DNA from: a virus
Direction: 5' to 3' (one strand)
DNA length: 64,000 bases
Virus record (IMG/VR): IMGVR_UViG_3300005613_000008
Location: 63,324 to 127,323 of that record
Below are positions 1 through 8,954 of the stretch, piece after piece. Both the position numbers and the translations under genes were made by a program. A model generated the notes under the pieces. It did no database searches. It saw only the letters and a program-made list of their open reading frames with translations, and was not told where the DNA came from. The first letter of the stretch is position 1, and every line of letters begins with the position of its first letter.

Positions 1-1
1 C

Positions 2-733
2 TCACCACATTACTTTGTTTCAAGTTCATTATGGAACAAAGACGAACAAGACATCAACCTTATCTCTATTCCAAAGATCTTTTATGGAACACGAATCAAG
101 CCCGGCTCGATGTCGCTAAAATTCTACATCACAGGCACATTGGTGGGAGAACTACAAGACACAAAATACAATGGCGAATTAATTCAGGTCGGTCCTGAAG
201 GTTCTACAGGTTCTGGCTCAGTTGCTGGAGTCGCAATGTACGAAGAAGGTTTTGTTCTTCTTACAGGTAGTTGGGATCTCACCAACGATGCATATGATTT
301 CGGCGCAGGATTAGCGACCGGCTCTTGGTTAAATTATGCAGCAGGAGCAAATGATGGAACAACTGTGTCAACTTCTGCTTCATTCGATCTTTCTTTCAAA
401 GGTCACACAGAAACACAAGTCCTTACGATGTTTGCCCATGCTCGCAGAGGCGAAATAAATTATTCTAACAACCCGACATTCTTGGATTATGGACAAAGCA
501 GGGTTGCCGTCACGTCTTCAAATGTCTATTTAGAGAATGATGCAGTGACAATAAAGAACACCGTATCGTCAAGTTACGAAGGATTTGACGCTCCTTTCGA
601 GAGGCAGGTTTACATTTCTAGAGTCGCTATCTACGATGAAGACAAAAAACTTATCGGAATTGCAACCTTATCTAACCCAATTCTCAAAAAAGAAGCACAA
701 GATCTCTCATTTAAACTAAAATTGGATATCTAA
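2..733 (+). CDS. Baseplate/tail structural protein, 5'-truncated (frame open from the window start)
   Basis: Frame 2 is open from base 2 (SPHYF...SIPKIFYGTRIKPGS). The C-terminus YISRVAIYDEDKKLIGIATLSNPILK resembles baseplate/fibre-attachment beta domains of myoviruses. Confidence 0.6.
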   Translation, partial: SPHYFVSSSLWNKDEQDINLISIPKIFYGTRIKPGSMSLKFYITGTLVGELQDTKYNGELIQVGPEGSTGSGSVAGVAMYEEGFVLLTGSWDLTNDAYDFGAGLATGSWLNYAAGANDGTTVSTSASFDLSFKGHTETQVLTMFAHARRGEINYSNNPTFLDYGQSRVAVTSSNVYLENDAVTIKNTVSSSYEGFDAPFERQVYISRVAIYDEDKKLIGIATLSNPILKKEAQDLSFKLKLDI

Positions 734-1074
734 TGAAACCTATTACCATAGTCTCTCCGTGGTTTACTAAGCTTATGTCGGTAGTGATCGATGTTTACGC
801 AATCACAATCTTTCCATTTATTATTTCAAGAGAAAAAATGAATGAAAGAACCCTTAACCATGAAACAATTCACATTTATCAACAGAAAGAGTTGTTAGTT
901 ATTCCGTTCTATCTTCTATACTTTTACTTTTATTTTATTGGAATTGTTAAGTATAGAGATAAACAAAAAGCTTATTACATGATACCATTTGAGCAAGAAG
1001 CCTACGAAAATGACCATAATTTTGATTATCTAAAAACAAGAAAATGGTTTGCATGGCGAAGGTATAAAGTTTGA
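733..1074 (+). CDS. Small membrane-associated HExxH (zincin-like) hypothetical protein
   Basis: TAATG overlap with the upstream gene; TLNHETIHIYQQ (HExxH) flanked by hydrophobic segments; PFEQEAY motif. Confidence 0.55.
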   Translation: MKPITIVSPWFTKLMSVVIDVYAITIFPFIISREKMNERTLNHETIHIYQQKELLVIPFYLLYFYFYFIGIVKYRDKQKAYYMIPFEQEAYENDHNFDYLKTRKWFAWRRYKV

Positions 1075-1610
1075 TTCTCGGAATAGACGTTTCCACTAGT
1101 ATTACAGGTTTTGCGATTGTGGATAATGAAGGCAAGATCCTTCTCTCCGAAGCCTGTGATTTGCGAAAGCATAAAGACTTTTTCTCTAAGTGTCTCGCGA
1201 TAAGAGAACATATTTTGGACATTTGCGATAAACACTGTGCTGCGATCAATGGAGAAGGAATAAGCCACATTTATATTGAACAACCTTTCACCTTCTTCAA
1301 CTCTGGCGGCTCTTCTGGCAAGACTATGGCGGCTCTACAACGTTTTAACGGTGTTGTTTCTTGGATGGTCTACGAATGCTTTGAGATAAAACCATGCTAT
1401 CTGGGGGCGACACAGGCGCGTAAAATGGTAGGAATCAAGGTGCCTCGTGGCGAAAAAGCAAAGAAAGTTGTCATGGAACACCTGCTCGCAACTGACCCAG
1501 AGTTCGCGATCGAACGCACACCCAAAGGCAATCCTAAACCGCAAGAATATGACAGAGCCGATGCCCTCGTCATTGCGAGAGCAGGACTAAAAGAACTTGC
1601 GAAAGAGTGA
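1071..1610 (+). CDS. ruvC: RuvC-like Holliday junction resolvase
   Basis: ILGIDVSTSITG (first catalytic Asp), YIEQPF (Glu) and YDRADALVIA (Asp pair); TTG start. Confidence 0.85.
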   Translation: MILGIDVSTSITGFAIVDNEGKILLSEACDLRKHKDFFSKCLAIREHILDICDKHCAAINGEGISHIYIEQPFTFFNSGGSSGKTMAALQRFNGVVSWMVYECFEIKPCYLGATQARKMVGIKVPRGEKAKKVVMEHLLATDPEFAIERTPKGNPKPQEYDRADALVIARAGLKELAKE

Positions 1611-1659
1611 TTGTGGGTTTGTGATTTTTTTTAAAAAACGGCTTTAAGGGTTTGTGATT

Positions 1660-1667
1660 ACTATTTA
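1660..1667 (+). promoter_or_regulatory. Putative phage late promoter (ACTATTTA)
   Basis: Copy of the CTA(T/C)TTA motif, 29 nt before the endonuclease start. Confidence 0.55.
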
Positions 1668-1688
1668 CTAATGTAAGAGGGTGGTCGC

Positions 1689-2315
1689 ATGAAAACATTT
1701 AGCGGTATTTACATCATTAAGAATAAAAAGACAAATAAAATTTATGTTGGTAGTAGCAATGATATACGGCGACGCTGGCGAGCACATAGAAGTCTTTTAA
1801 AAAACAACAAACATCACAGCATCTATCTACAAAACGCTTATAATCAATATGGTAAAAGTTGTTTTGAGTTCACAATATTAAAAGAAGTCGCCATCGAGAA
1901 ACTTCTAGATGAAGAACAAGCCATAATTAAAGCGCTTGACTGCTTAGCCCCAGCAGGTTACAATATGACTGATAGCACACACGCACCGTTCGCCGGTTGT
2001 AGTCACTCTGTCGAGGCAAAGAAAGCTCAAAGCGAAAAGAATACAGGTAAAAATAATTACTGGTATGGAAAAACATTAACAGAAGAACATAATAGTAAGA
2101 TAAGCAAGTCTACAAAAAGATATACCGATCAGGAAGAAAAGAGTTTCTATCTTCGTTTAGAGGGTGGAGAGAGATTACAATCAATAGCAAATGAGCAGTG
2201 TGTTCATCCTACAACAATCCGCCGAGCGGTAGATCGATACATTCGATTTAAGGAAGAATATGATAGACGAGAGAAAAGCGCTGCCGATCCTACAAGTAGC
2301 GCTGGGTCGTTATAA
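1689..2315 (+). mobile_element. Free-standing GIY-YIG homing endonuclease (Seg-like, NUMOD3-type tail)
   Basis: SGIYIIKNKKTNKIYVGSS...RRW..H, LQNAYNQYG, conserved Glu in EEQAII, GYN; the HSVEAKKAQSEKNTGKNN.WYGK repeat is NUMOD3-like. Confidence 0.9.
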
Positions 2316-3204
2316 GCAGGCTTCTAAAAATGAATTTTATTTTACGTGCCCTGCGTGCGGTCACCATAAGAGTAAATTCGCTGTTAACATCAGCAAAAAT
2401 GCTTTTCATTGCTGGATTTGTGATTATCGTGGTCGCAATATTAGGCGCATTATTAGACGTTTTGGTTCGTTTACACAACTCCAGAAGTGGGACCAGATTA
2501 CGGACAGAACAGATCTTAGTCACTTTTCTGAGCTATTCTCTGACGAAGGCAATGTTGATGTCGAAGATAAAATCGAACTCCCAGCAGAGTTCATAAGCCT
2601 CGCCAATAAAAACCTCCCATTATCAGCCAATCGCGCTCTCCGCTATCTTAGCGAGAGAGGGATTACTAGGGAAGAAATTCGGCGTTGGAAGATTGGCTTT
2701 TGCTATGACGGAGAATATGGCGGCAGAATCATCGTGCCGTCATTCGGCACCAGCGGCTATCCCAACTACTTTGTTGCCCGGTCTTATGTTGGGCACGGAA
2801 TGAAATACAAGAATCCACAGGCGTCCAAGAATGTGGTATTTAATGATCTATTTACAAACTGGAACGACGACCTTACAATTGTCGAAGGAGTATTTGATGC
2901 TATTCGGGCAGGAAACGCTGTGCCTATCTTGGGGTCTACACTACGGACAGACTCCGACCTACTACGAAAGATTGTACGAAATGACACCCCGTGCTACATC
3001 GCCCTCGATCCTGACGCGGCTGACAAAGAACGTCGGATCATTCAGACGCTACTGCGCTACGATGTGGAACTCTATAAGATCGATGTGATAGGCTACGAAG
3101 ACGTAGGCACTATGCCAAAAAAAATCTTCCAAGAACGAAAAGCAAAAGCTACATTTATCGACAGAGACAACTACTTATTGCTAGATTTGCTAGCGGCGGT
3201 ATAA
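2260..3204 (+). CDS. dnaG: DNA primase (Zn-finger + TOPRIM, T4 gp61/DnaG-like)
   Basis: CPACGHH...HCWICD zinc finger; IVEGVFDA and IALDPDA TOPRIM motifs. Confidence 0.9.
   Translation: MIDERKALPILQVALGRYKQASKNEFYFTCPACGHHKSKFAVNISKNAFHCWICDYRGRNIRRIIRRFGSFTQLQKWDQITDRTDLSHFSELFSDEGNVDVEDKIELPAEFISLANKNLPLSANRALRYLSERGITREEIRRWKIGFCYDGEYGGRIIVPSFGTSGYPNYFVARSYVGHGMKYKNPQASKNVVFNDLFTNWNDDLTIVEGVFDAIRAGNAVPILGSTLRTDSDLLRKIVRNDTPCYIALDPDAADKERRIIQTLLRYDVELYKIDVIGYEDVGTMPKKIFQERKAKATFIDRDNYLLLDLLAAV
3171..3177 (+). promoter_or_regulatory. Putative late promoter variant (CTACTTA)
   Basis: Motif variant 37 nt before the GTG start at 3208. Confidence 0.4.
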
Positions 3205-3207
3205 ATT

Positions 3208-4071
3208 GTGAAACACACTTTTACTAAAAAACAAATAAAAAGAATTATTATTGAAGAATTGCAGGCTGATTTGCTTATTGAGAATACAACAAATCAGCTT
3301 ATCGAAGAAGGTGTTGTAGAAACAGTCAAGAATTTAAAAAACAAATTCTTTCCAAATAAAAGTGATGAAGAGATCGATACCGAATTGGAAGAAATTGGAA
3401 GAAATCCTTCACAATTAGAAAAAATGCCAAGATCCAAGAGAATAGGGATCCTATTCCTATCCGGATTGCTTGGCGGATTCTTAACTCAAGCAAGTTTTGA
3501 TTATAATAAGCTTAGCACTGCAACTGCTGCTGATGCTAAAAAAATATCATCTTCTCAACAAGTGACTGCTCAAAAATCAAAAGATATTATCAATTTTAGA
3601 CAAATGGCTTCTTCAGAGACTCTTGGAAAAACAGCCTCAACACAAAAAGAGGTAGATGCCAAAGTAAGAGAAATAATTGATGATTATAAACCAGTTATGA
3701 AACCGGCACCAATATCTCCGGGTCGAGGACTTTTTATTGGAGGCGATCCGGCTAAAGGCAACTTTAGGGGCTTTGCTTATGTGCCATCGGAAAATATCCC
3801 AGATGATGAAATAATGCCATTTATTGCTATGTCTAAAGCAGATTATGAAATTTTGCTTAGAGCCACTTATCTAAGTGGGACTGAAGGTGACAAAAGATTG
3901 GAAGATCTCGTTATGGGACGAGGAAGAGCTGGCTCTTCTGTTTTTTGGGCTTATAGTGACAGATCCTCATATCAAGGATACAATAGAAATTCCACCATTG
4001 CTTTGTTACCACTTGAATGGTCTGTTGCATATGGGTTATTACAAAAAAGACAAAATAGAGGCAAACGATAG
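3208..4071 (+). CDS. Hypothetical protein with N-terminal TKKQIKRIIIEEL signal-like motif
   Basis: 287-aa ORF with GTG start; shares the N-terminal motif family; one hydrophobic segment (IGILFLSGLLGGFL). Confidence 0.7.
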   Translation: MKHTFTKKQIKRIIIEELQADLLIENTTNQLIEEGVVETVKNLKNKFFPNKSDEEIDTELEEIGRNPSQLEKMPRSKRIGILFLSGLLGGFLTQASFDYNKLSTATAADAKKISSSQQVTAQKSKDIINFRQMASSETLGKTASTQKEVDAKVREIIDDYKPVMKPAPISPGRGLFIGGDPAKGNFRGFAYVPSENIPDDEIMPFIAMSKADYEILLRATYLSGTEGDKRLEDLVMGRGRAGSSVFWAYSDRSSYQGYNRNSTIALLPLEWSVAYGLLQKRQNRGKR

Positions 4072-4075
4072 TCTC

Positions 4076-4104
4076 TTGACAAGCCGTCTTGCTCGTGTTA
4101 TCTT
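4076..4104 (+). promoter_or_regulatory. Sigma70-type promoter (TTGACA-17-TATCTT, extended -10)
   Basis: TTGACA 4076-4081, 17-nt spacer ending TGt, TATCTT 4099-4104, followed by AGGAG and ATG. Confidence 0.75.
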
Positions 4105-4123
4105 ACTGTTACAGGAGATAACA

Positions 4124-4216
4124 ATGACAAGATTTCTTTTTGATTCTGCGATTAGCGGAGTGATTATGTATATCGGCTGGTTAGCTGGTATTGCTCTATA
4201 TAGTATTTGTTTCTAA
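4124..4216 (+). CDS. 30-aa hydrophobic micro-protein (MTRFLFDSAISGVIMYIGWLAGIALYSICF)
   Basis: ATG at 4124 with an AGGAG SD directly behind a sigma70 promoter; it is the tail of the tracked 3875..4216 frame. Confidence 0.55.
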   Translation: MTRFLFDSAISGVIMYIGWLAGIALYSICF

Positions 4217-4227
4217 TCGGAGGAGCC

Positions 4228-7200
4228 TTGATCAAAATTGCACACATTGCTGATACTCATATTAAGAATTTGAAGTATCACGAAGATTACCGCGCCTGCT
4301 TTGAGCAGATGTACGAAATCCTTCGAGAGCAGGAAGTAGATTATATCGTTCACTGCGGCGACATCGCACACACAAAGACCCAGATTTCCCCAGAGTTTGT
4401 GGAAATGGCGTCTGACTTTTTCACAAATCTCAGTAAGATTGCGACGACATTTATTATTCTTGGTAACCACGATGGTAACCTAAAGAACAGTAGCCGCCAA
4501 GACGCAATAACGCCTATTGTTCAGGCGCTTGATTTTGGAACTCTCCGACTATTGAAGAACTCAGGCGAGACTCATCTTGCCTATGGCAACGTTGTTCTCA
4601 ATGTTTTGTCTGTTTTTGATAGAGATAACTGGGTTCAGCCCACAGATCCAGATAAAATCAATATTGCTCTCTATCACGGCGCAATCTCCAACTGCCAGAC
4701 AGACGCAGGCTGGACGATGGAGCATGGTGAAGATAATCTCTCAATCTTTGAAGAGTTTGATTTTGCAATGCTTGGCGACATTCACAAGCGCCAGTTCTTG
4801 GATAAGGAGCAGCGTGTCTACTACGCAGGATCTACCATCCAGCAGAACCATGGAGAAGAAGACAATAAGGGCTTCTCTGTTTGGACTATTAATTCTAAGG
4901 ACGATTGGAACATTGAACACTTTGGGCTACAGAACCCTCGTCCATTTGTTACAGTCGAACTAACATGTACAGGCAAGATCCCTCGCAAGACTACTGTACC
5001 TGCAAACGCCCGCCTACGTCTTGTAAGTGATAACAATCTGCCTCTTGACGTAATGCGTAAAGCAGTAGATATAGCAAAACACAAGTTTCGCCCAGAGTCT
5101 ATCTCTTTCCTTAATCGCGCCGCAGGCAAACGTGGTGATGTTGAAGGGTTAACAGAAGGGCTTGGAGCACAGAATCTTCGAGATCCAGAAGTTCAGCAGG
5201 AGTTGATCTCAGAGTATCTCAAAGATTATCAGGTTAGTTCTGACACTCTATCTAAGGTTTATGAACTGAACTCAAAGTATAACGTTCGGGTCGAATCAAA
5301 AGAAGATATTTCTAGAAATGTAAATTGGGATCTCGTCAGATTTGAATGGTCTAATCTATTCAATTATGGAGAGAACAACTGCGTTGACTTCAATAATGTA
5401 AATGGAATTGTCGGTATTTTTGGTAAGAACTTCTCAGGTAAGTCTTCCATTATTGATGCCATTCTCTTTACAATGTTCAATACAACTTCTAAAAACGAGC
5501 GCAAGAATGTCAATGTTGTAAATCAGAACCGCGATTGGGGCGAAGGCAAGTTGTCTATTGCTATTAACGATAAGACCTACACAATCTGTCGCAAGGTCAC
5601 AAAATATGTAAAGAAAGGCAAAGACGGCGAAAGTACAGAAGCAAAAACCGAACTAGACTTTTTGGTCTATGACGCTGTTCTTGACGAGACTACTTCACTA
5701 AACGGCACAACTCGCAACGAAACCGACGCAGTAATCCGTCGTCACTTTGGGACTATTGACGATTTTCTTATTTCATCTCTATCCTCGCAGCATGGCGCTC
5801 TTGCGTTTATCAATGAGGGTTCAACCAAGCGTAAGGAAATCATTGCGAAGTTCCTCGATCTTCAGTTCTTTGATAAGAAATTCAAACTAGCCAAAGAGGA
5901 CTCTATTACGTCCAAGGCACTCGTCAAAAAATTAGAAGGGCGAGATTACGAAAAAGAAATTCTGGAAGCAGAGGAAGCCTTTGAGAGCTACAAAAAGGCT
6001 ATTTCTGTGGTAGAGGCAGAAGAGAAATTGATAGAAACCAAGTTGGCTACAGCCCATATCCTTCTAAACGATGTTTCTCGTAAGATTATCGATATTCCGA
6101 CAGATGCGATCGATATCCACACAGTTCAGTCCGAGATCAAAACAATAAAAAATCAACTGATTTCTCTATCTCAATCGGTAGTTGAAGATTCTGAGAAACT
6201 AATTAAGGAAAGAGAACGCTTTGAGAAGATCTCGGCTTTAATGATGAGCCTTGATTACGACTCACTAAAAGACTCTCTTAGTACAATTCAGGAAACTGAA
6301 GAGAGGCTTAAGGGCTTCACAAGCAGATTGGAGATTGCGACCGAGAAAAAGAGGCTATTAGAAGATATTCCCTGTGGCTCATCTTACCCTGCTTGTAAGT
6401 TTATTCGTGATGCTCACGTCGCATCAGCGACAATTCCAGAAGTGGAATCAAAAGCGAATGAACTTCGCAACATTCTTGAGGGACTTAACCCCGAGATTGT
6501 ACGAGACCACCTAAACAAGTACAGTGCGCTTGAAACAAAGCGAATCAACACCAAAACCTTTATTAAGGAACTGGAACTATCGGTTGAAAAGATGAATAGC
6601 GCAATTCAGCGTCTGAATACAAAGATGCAGGAACTTGTCGCACAGCAGTCGGAATACAATGACAATAAGGAAGCAATCGAGAATCTAGAAAAACTAATAA
6701 AGGAGAAGGATACATATGACAATCAAATCAAATCTCTTGAAAGAGAGAATCGATCAAATAACCAAAAGAAGATTGATCTTTATAAATCACTTGGTTCAGA
6801 AGAACAACGAGTCGAAAGCCTCAAAGAAAGAAGAATAGAGTTCGAGACAATTCAATCGGAGTATGCAGCGTATGATTTATTCCTGCGCTGTATGCATCCG
6901 AACGGGATTGCTTACGATATCATCAAGCAGAAACTACCAGTAATCAACGAAGAGATTGCAAAGATCCTATCAAACGTCGTAGACTTTGAGATCTTTTTTG
7001 AGACATCAGGCAACAAGTTTGACATTTTTATCAAGCACCCTCGGTATGATGCCCGCCCTATTGAGATGGCGTCCGGTGCGGAGAAGTCTATGGCTGCTAT
7101 GGCTATTCGTCTTGCTCTGCTCTCCGTATCTTCTTTGCCAAAGGGAAACACTTTCGTACTTGACGAGCCCGGTACTGCTTTGGACGAAGAGAATATGGCT

Positions 7201-7341
7201 GGATTTATTCGGATCTTGGAACTAATTAAGGTATATTTCAAGAACGTCTTGCTGATTTCTCACCTTGATTCTCTCAAGGATTGTGTAGATATGCAGATTG
7301 TGATTGAGAAAGAAGCAGGTTTTGCAAAGGTAAATCAATAA
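4228..7341 (+). CDS. Fused SbcD/Mre11 nuclease - SbcC/Rad50 ATPase (T4 gp47-gp46 fusion)
   Basis: Phosphoesterase motifs HIADTH, HCGDIAH, GNHD, YHG, GDIH; Walker A GKNFSGKSS; long coiled coil; signature ASGAEK; Walker B VLDEPG; H-loop LISH. The likely start is TTG 4228 after GGAGG. Confidence 0.92.
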   Translation: MIKIAHIADTHIKNLKYHEDYRACFEQMYEILREQEVDYIVHCGDIAHTKTQISPEFVEMASDFFTNLSKIATTFIILGNHDGNLKNSSRQDAITPIVQALDFGTLRLLKNSGETHLAYGNVVLNVLSVFDRDNWVQPTDPDKINIALYHGAISNCQTDAGWTMEHGEDNLSIFEEFDFAMLGDIHKRQFLDKEQRVYYAGSTIQQNHGEEDNKGFSVWTINSKDDWNIEHFGLQNPRPFVTVELTCTGKIPRKTTVPANARLRLVSDNNLPLDVMRKAVDIAKHKFRPESISFLNRAAGKRGDVEGLTEGLGAQNLRDPEVQQELISEYLKDYQVSSDTLSKVYELNSKYNVRVESKEDISRNVNWDLVRFEWSNLFNYGENNCVDFNNVNGIVGIFGKNFSGKSSIIDAILFTMFNTTSKNERKNVNVVNQNRDWGEGKLSIAINDKTYTICRKVTKYVKKGKDGESTEAKTELDFLVYDAVLDETTSLNGTTRNETDAVIRRHFGTIDDFLISSLSSQHGALAFINEGSTKRKEIIAKFLDLQFFDKKFKLAKEDSITSKALVKKLEGRDYEKEILEAEEAFESYKKAISVVEAEEKLIETKLATAHILLNDVSRKIIDIPTDAIDIHTVQSEIKTIKNQLISLSQSVVEDSEKLIKERERFEKISALMMSLDYDSLKDSLSTIQETEERLKGFTSRLEIATEKKRLLEDIPCGSSYPACKFIRDAHVASATIPEVESKANELRNILEGLNPEIVRDHLNKYSALETKRINTKTFIKELELSVEKMNSAIQRLNTKMQELVAQQSEYNDNKEAIENLEKLIKEKDTYDNQIKSLERENRSNNQKKIDLYKSLGSEEQRVESLKERRIEFETIQSEYAAYDLFLRCMHPNGIAYDIIKQKLPVINEEIAKILSNVVDFEIFFETSGNKFDIFIKHPRYDARPIEMASGAEKSMAAMAIRLALLSVSSLPKGNTFVLDEPGTALDEENMAGFIRILELIKVYFKNVLLISHLDSLKDCVDMQIVIEKEAGFAKVNQ

Positions 7342-7556
7342 TGAAAATTACAAAGACTAGACTAAAGCAGATTATCAAGGAAGAGCTTAGGGAAACAATG
7401 ATAGATGAAAAAGTAGATCTATTTCTTTCTGATTTTTGCAAAGACAATGATGGAGAAGATCCTGATTTTGCTGATGTAAAGGCGTTTTTTGGCGATTCTC
7501 ACCTATCGAGTCTTGTGTGGGAAGAGATAAGGGGCATAAGGGCTCCTTGTAAATAA
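7341..7556 (+). CDS. Small protein with MKITKTRLKQIIKEEL N-terminal motif (putative head-internal protein)
   Basis: TAATG coupling; motif shared with 8709 and 9570. Confidence 0.65.
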   Translation: MKITKTRLKQIIKEELRETMIDEKVDLFLSDFCKDNDGEDPDFADVKAFFGDSHLSSLVWEEIRGIRAPCK

Positions 7557-7567
7557 AAGGTAAATCA

Positions 7568-8704
7568 ATGAATAACGACGACGAGTTTGGCTTCTTGCCT
7601 CCCGCAGAAGCACCCCCATCATTCAACCAAGAAAAGGACCACTTCCACGAAGAAGTAGAAGCGGAAGACTTTGGTATGGTTGAGGACTTCGGATTACAGA
7701 TGGAATACTCTGACGAAGACATGCTCCCCGAGAACACAGCCCCATCATCTTTGAATGTGGGATTTGTCGGTGTTGGCGGGGGCGGCAATAAGATGGCGAA
7801 CGCTATGATTGAGTTGGGCTTTAACAAAACCCTGCTTGTCAACAGCACAGGCAAAGACATTCCAAAGAATGTAGATGAAGAACACGTCGTCCTTATTCCT
7901 GACTCTGACGGCATCGGCAAGAACATCTCCTACGGCAAGGAAGTTCTAACACAGAACGGCGCAGTAGTTGAAGACGCACTCCGCATCAAGCTAGGCAAGG
8001 TTGATTGGTTATTTGTTATGGCTGGTGGTGGTGGGGGCACTGGTTCGTCCGTGGTTGCTCTACAACCCGTCTTTGAGCGCTACCTACAATCTGTTCAGGC
8101 AAGCGGCAAGGTTGTCTATATCGTTTCTTGGCCAACAGCACAAGAAAACCTAAACCCAACCATCGCCCGTAACGCCCTGTCTCTGCTCAATGATGTGACC
8201 CCTTACCCACACATCGTTCTAGATAACGAGCGTTCTACGCGCCTCCTACGCGGTCGTATCGGTATGCTTGGTATGTATCCAGTAGCTAATACTCAGTTCT
8301 CTAAAATCCTAGCTCAGATCCTTAAACTATCTACCGAGGATTCCCCAATCCAATCATTTGATTCCAAGGATCTAGAAACCTGCTTAAACAAAGACGGTCG
8401 TGCCTTTATTGGTTCCACAATGATTAAGGATCCCAACACTGGCAAACTTGGCACAACGATCATGCACAACTGTATGAATCGTTCTGCTTGTCCGCCACCC
8501 AAGGGCAAAGCGGCAGCCGGGTCGCTTATCCTTGTGGTCAGCGAAGAAATGGTTGCCGACCCTCGCGTGTCCAAGCACCTTGAATCTGCGATTGCTTATG
8601 TTGGTGGTCGCTGCGAGACGCTTTTCTCTGGGGTTTATGTCAGAAAGAATGTCCCCGGACTGATTGCGATACTATCTATGAATGGGATCGAGAAAGGAAA
8701 ATAA
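7568..8704 (+). CDS. Tubulin/FtsZ-family GTPase (PhuZ/TubZ/CetZ-like) with acidic N-terminal extension
   Basis: T1 loop VGFVGVGGGGNK, signature MAGGGGGTGS, IVLDN, T7-like FDSKD. Confidence 0.88.
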   Translation: MNNDDEFGFLPPAEAPPSFNQEKDHFHEEVEAEDFGMVEDFGLQMEYSDEDMLPENTAPSSLNVGFVGVGGGGNKMANAMIELGFNKTLLVNSTGKDIPKNVDEEHVVLIPDSDGIGKNISYGKEVLTQNGAVVEDALRIKLGKVDWLFVMAGGGGGTGSSVVALQPVFERYLQSVQASGKVVYIVSWPTAQENLNPTIARNALSLLNDVTPYPHIVLDNERSTRLLRGRIGMLGMYPVANTQFSKILAQILKLSTEDSPIQSFDSKDLETCLNKDGRAFIGSTMIKDPNTGKLGTTIMHNCMNRSACPPPKGKAAAGSLILVVSEEMVADPRVSKHLESAIAYVGGRCETLFSGVYVRKNVPGLIAILSMNGIEKGK

Positions 8705-8708
8705 ATAA

Positions 8709-8954
8709 ATGAAGATCACAAAGCCTCAACTGAAACAGATTATCTTAGAAGAGTTATCTTCTTTGGAGACTGGCGAGCAACGCCGTGATTTCCAAAAAAT
8801 GACTAATGCGCCAGCACAACAACAAACGTCTTTTGAAGAATGGGTTTCTGCTGTTTCGGCGTTTGGCTACGAGTTTGACGAAAACTCCCCCAACCCCTAT
8901 GATGCTTGGTTTGGGGGTCAGAGCCCAGAAGAGTATTTTAGGAGTTCTAGATAA
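8709..8954 (+). CDS. Small protein with MKITKPQLKQIILEEL motif
   Basis: AGGA SD; shared N-terminal motif. Confidence 0.65.
   Translation: MKITKPQLKQIILEELSSLETGEQRRDFQKMTNAPAQQQTSFEEWVSAVSAFGYEFDENSPNPYDAWFGGQSPEEYFRSSR

Noticed and set aside
947-1544. Minus-strand ORFs opposite ruvC and many other short antisense ORFs in the track
   Set aside because: They lie fully inside well-supported plus-strand genes, lack SDs and show no recognisable motifs.
3875-4123. Upstream part of the tracked ORF 3875..4216
   Set aside because: It overlaps the 3208 gene out of frame and spans a promoter; only the SD-led part from 4124 is credible.
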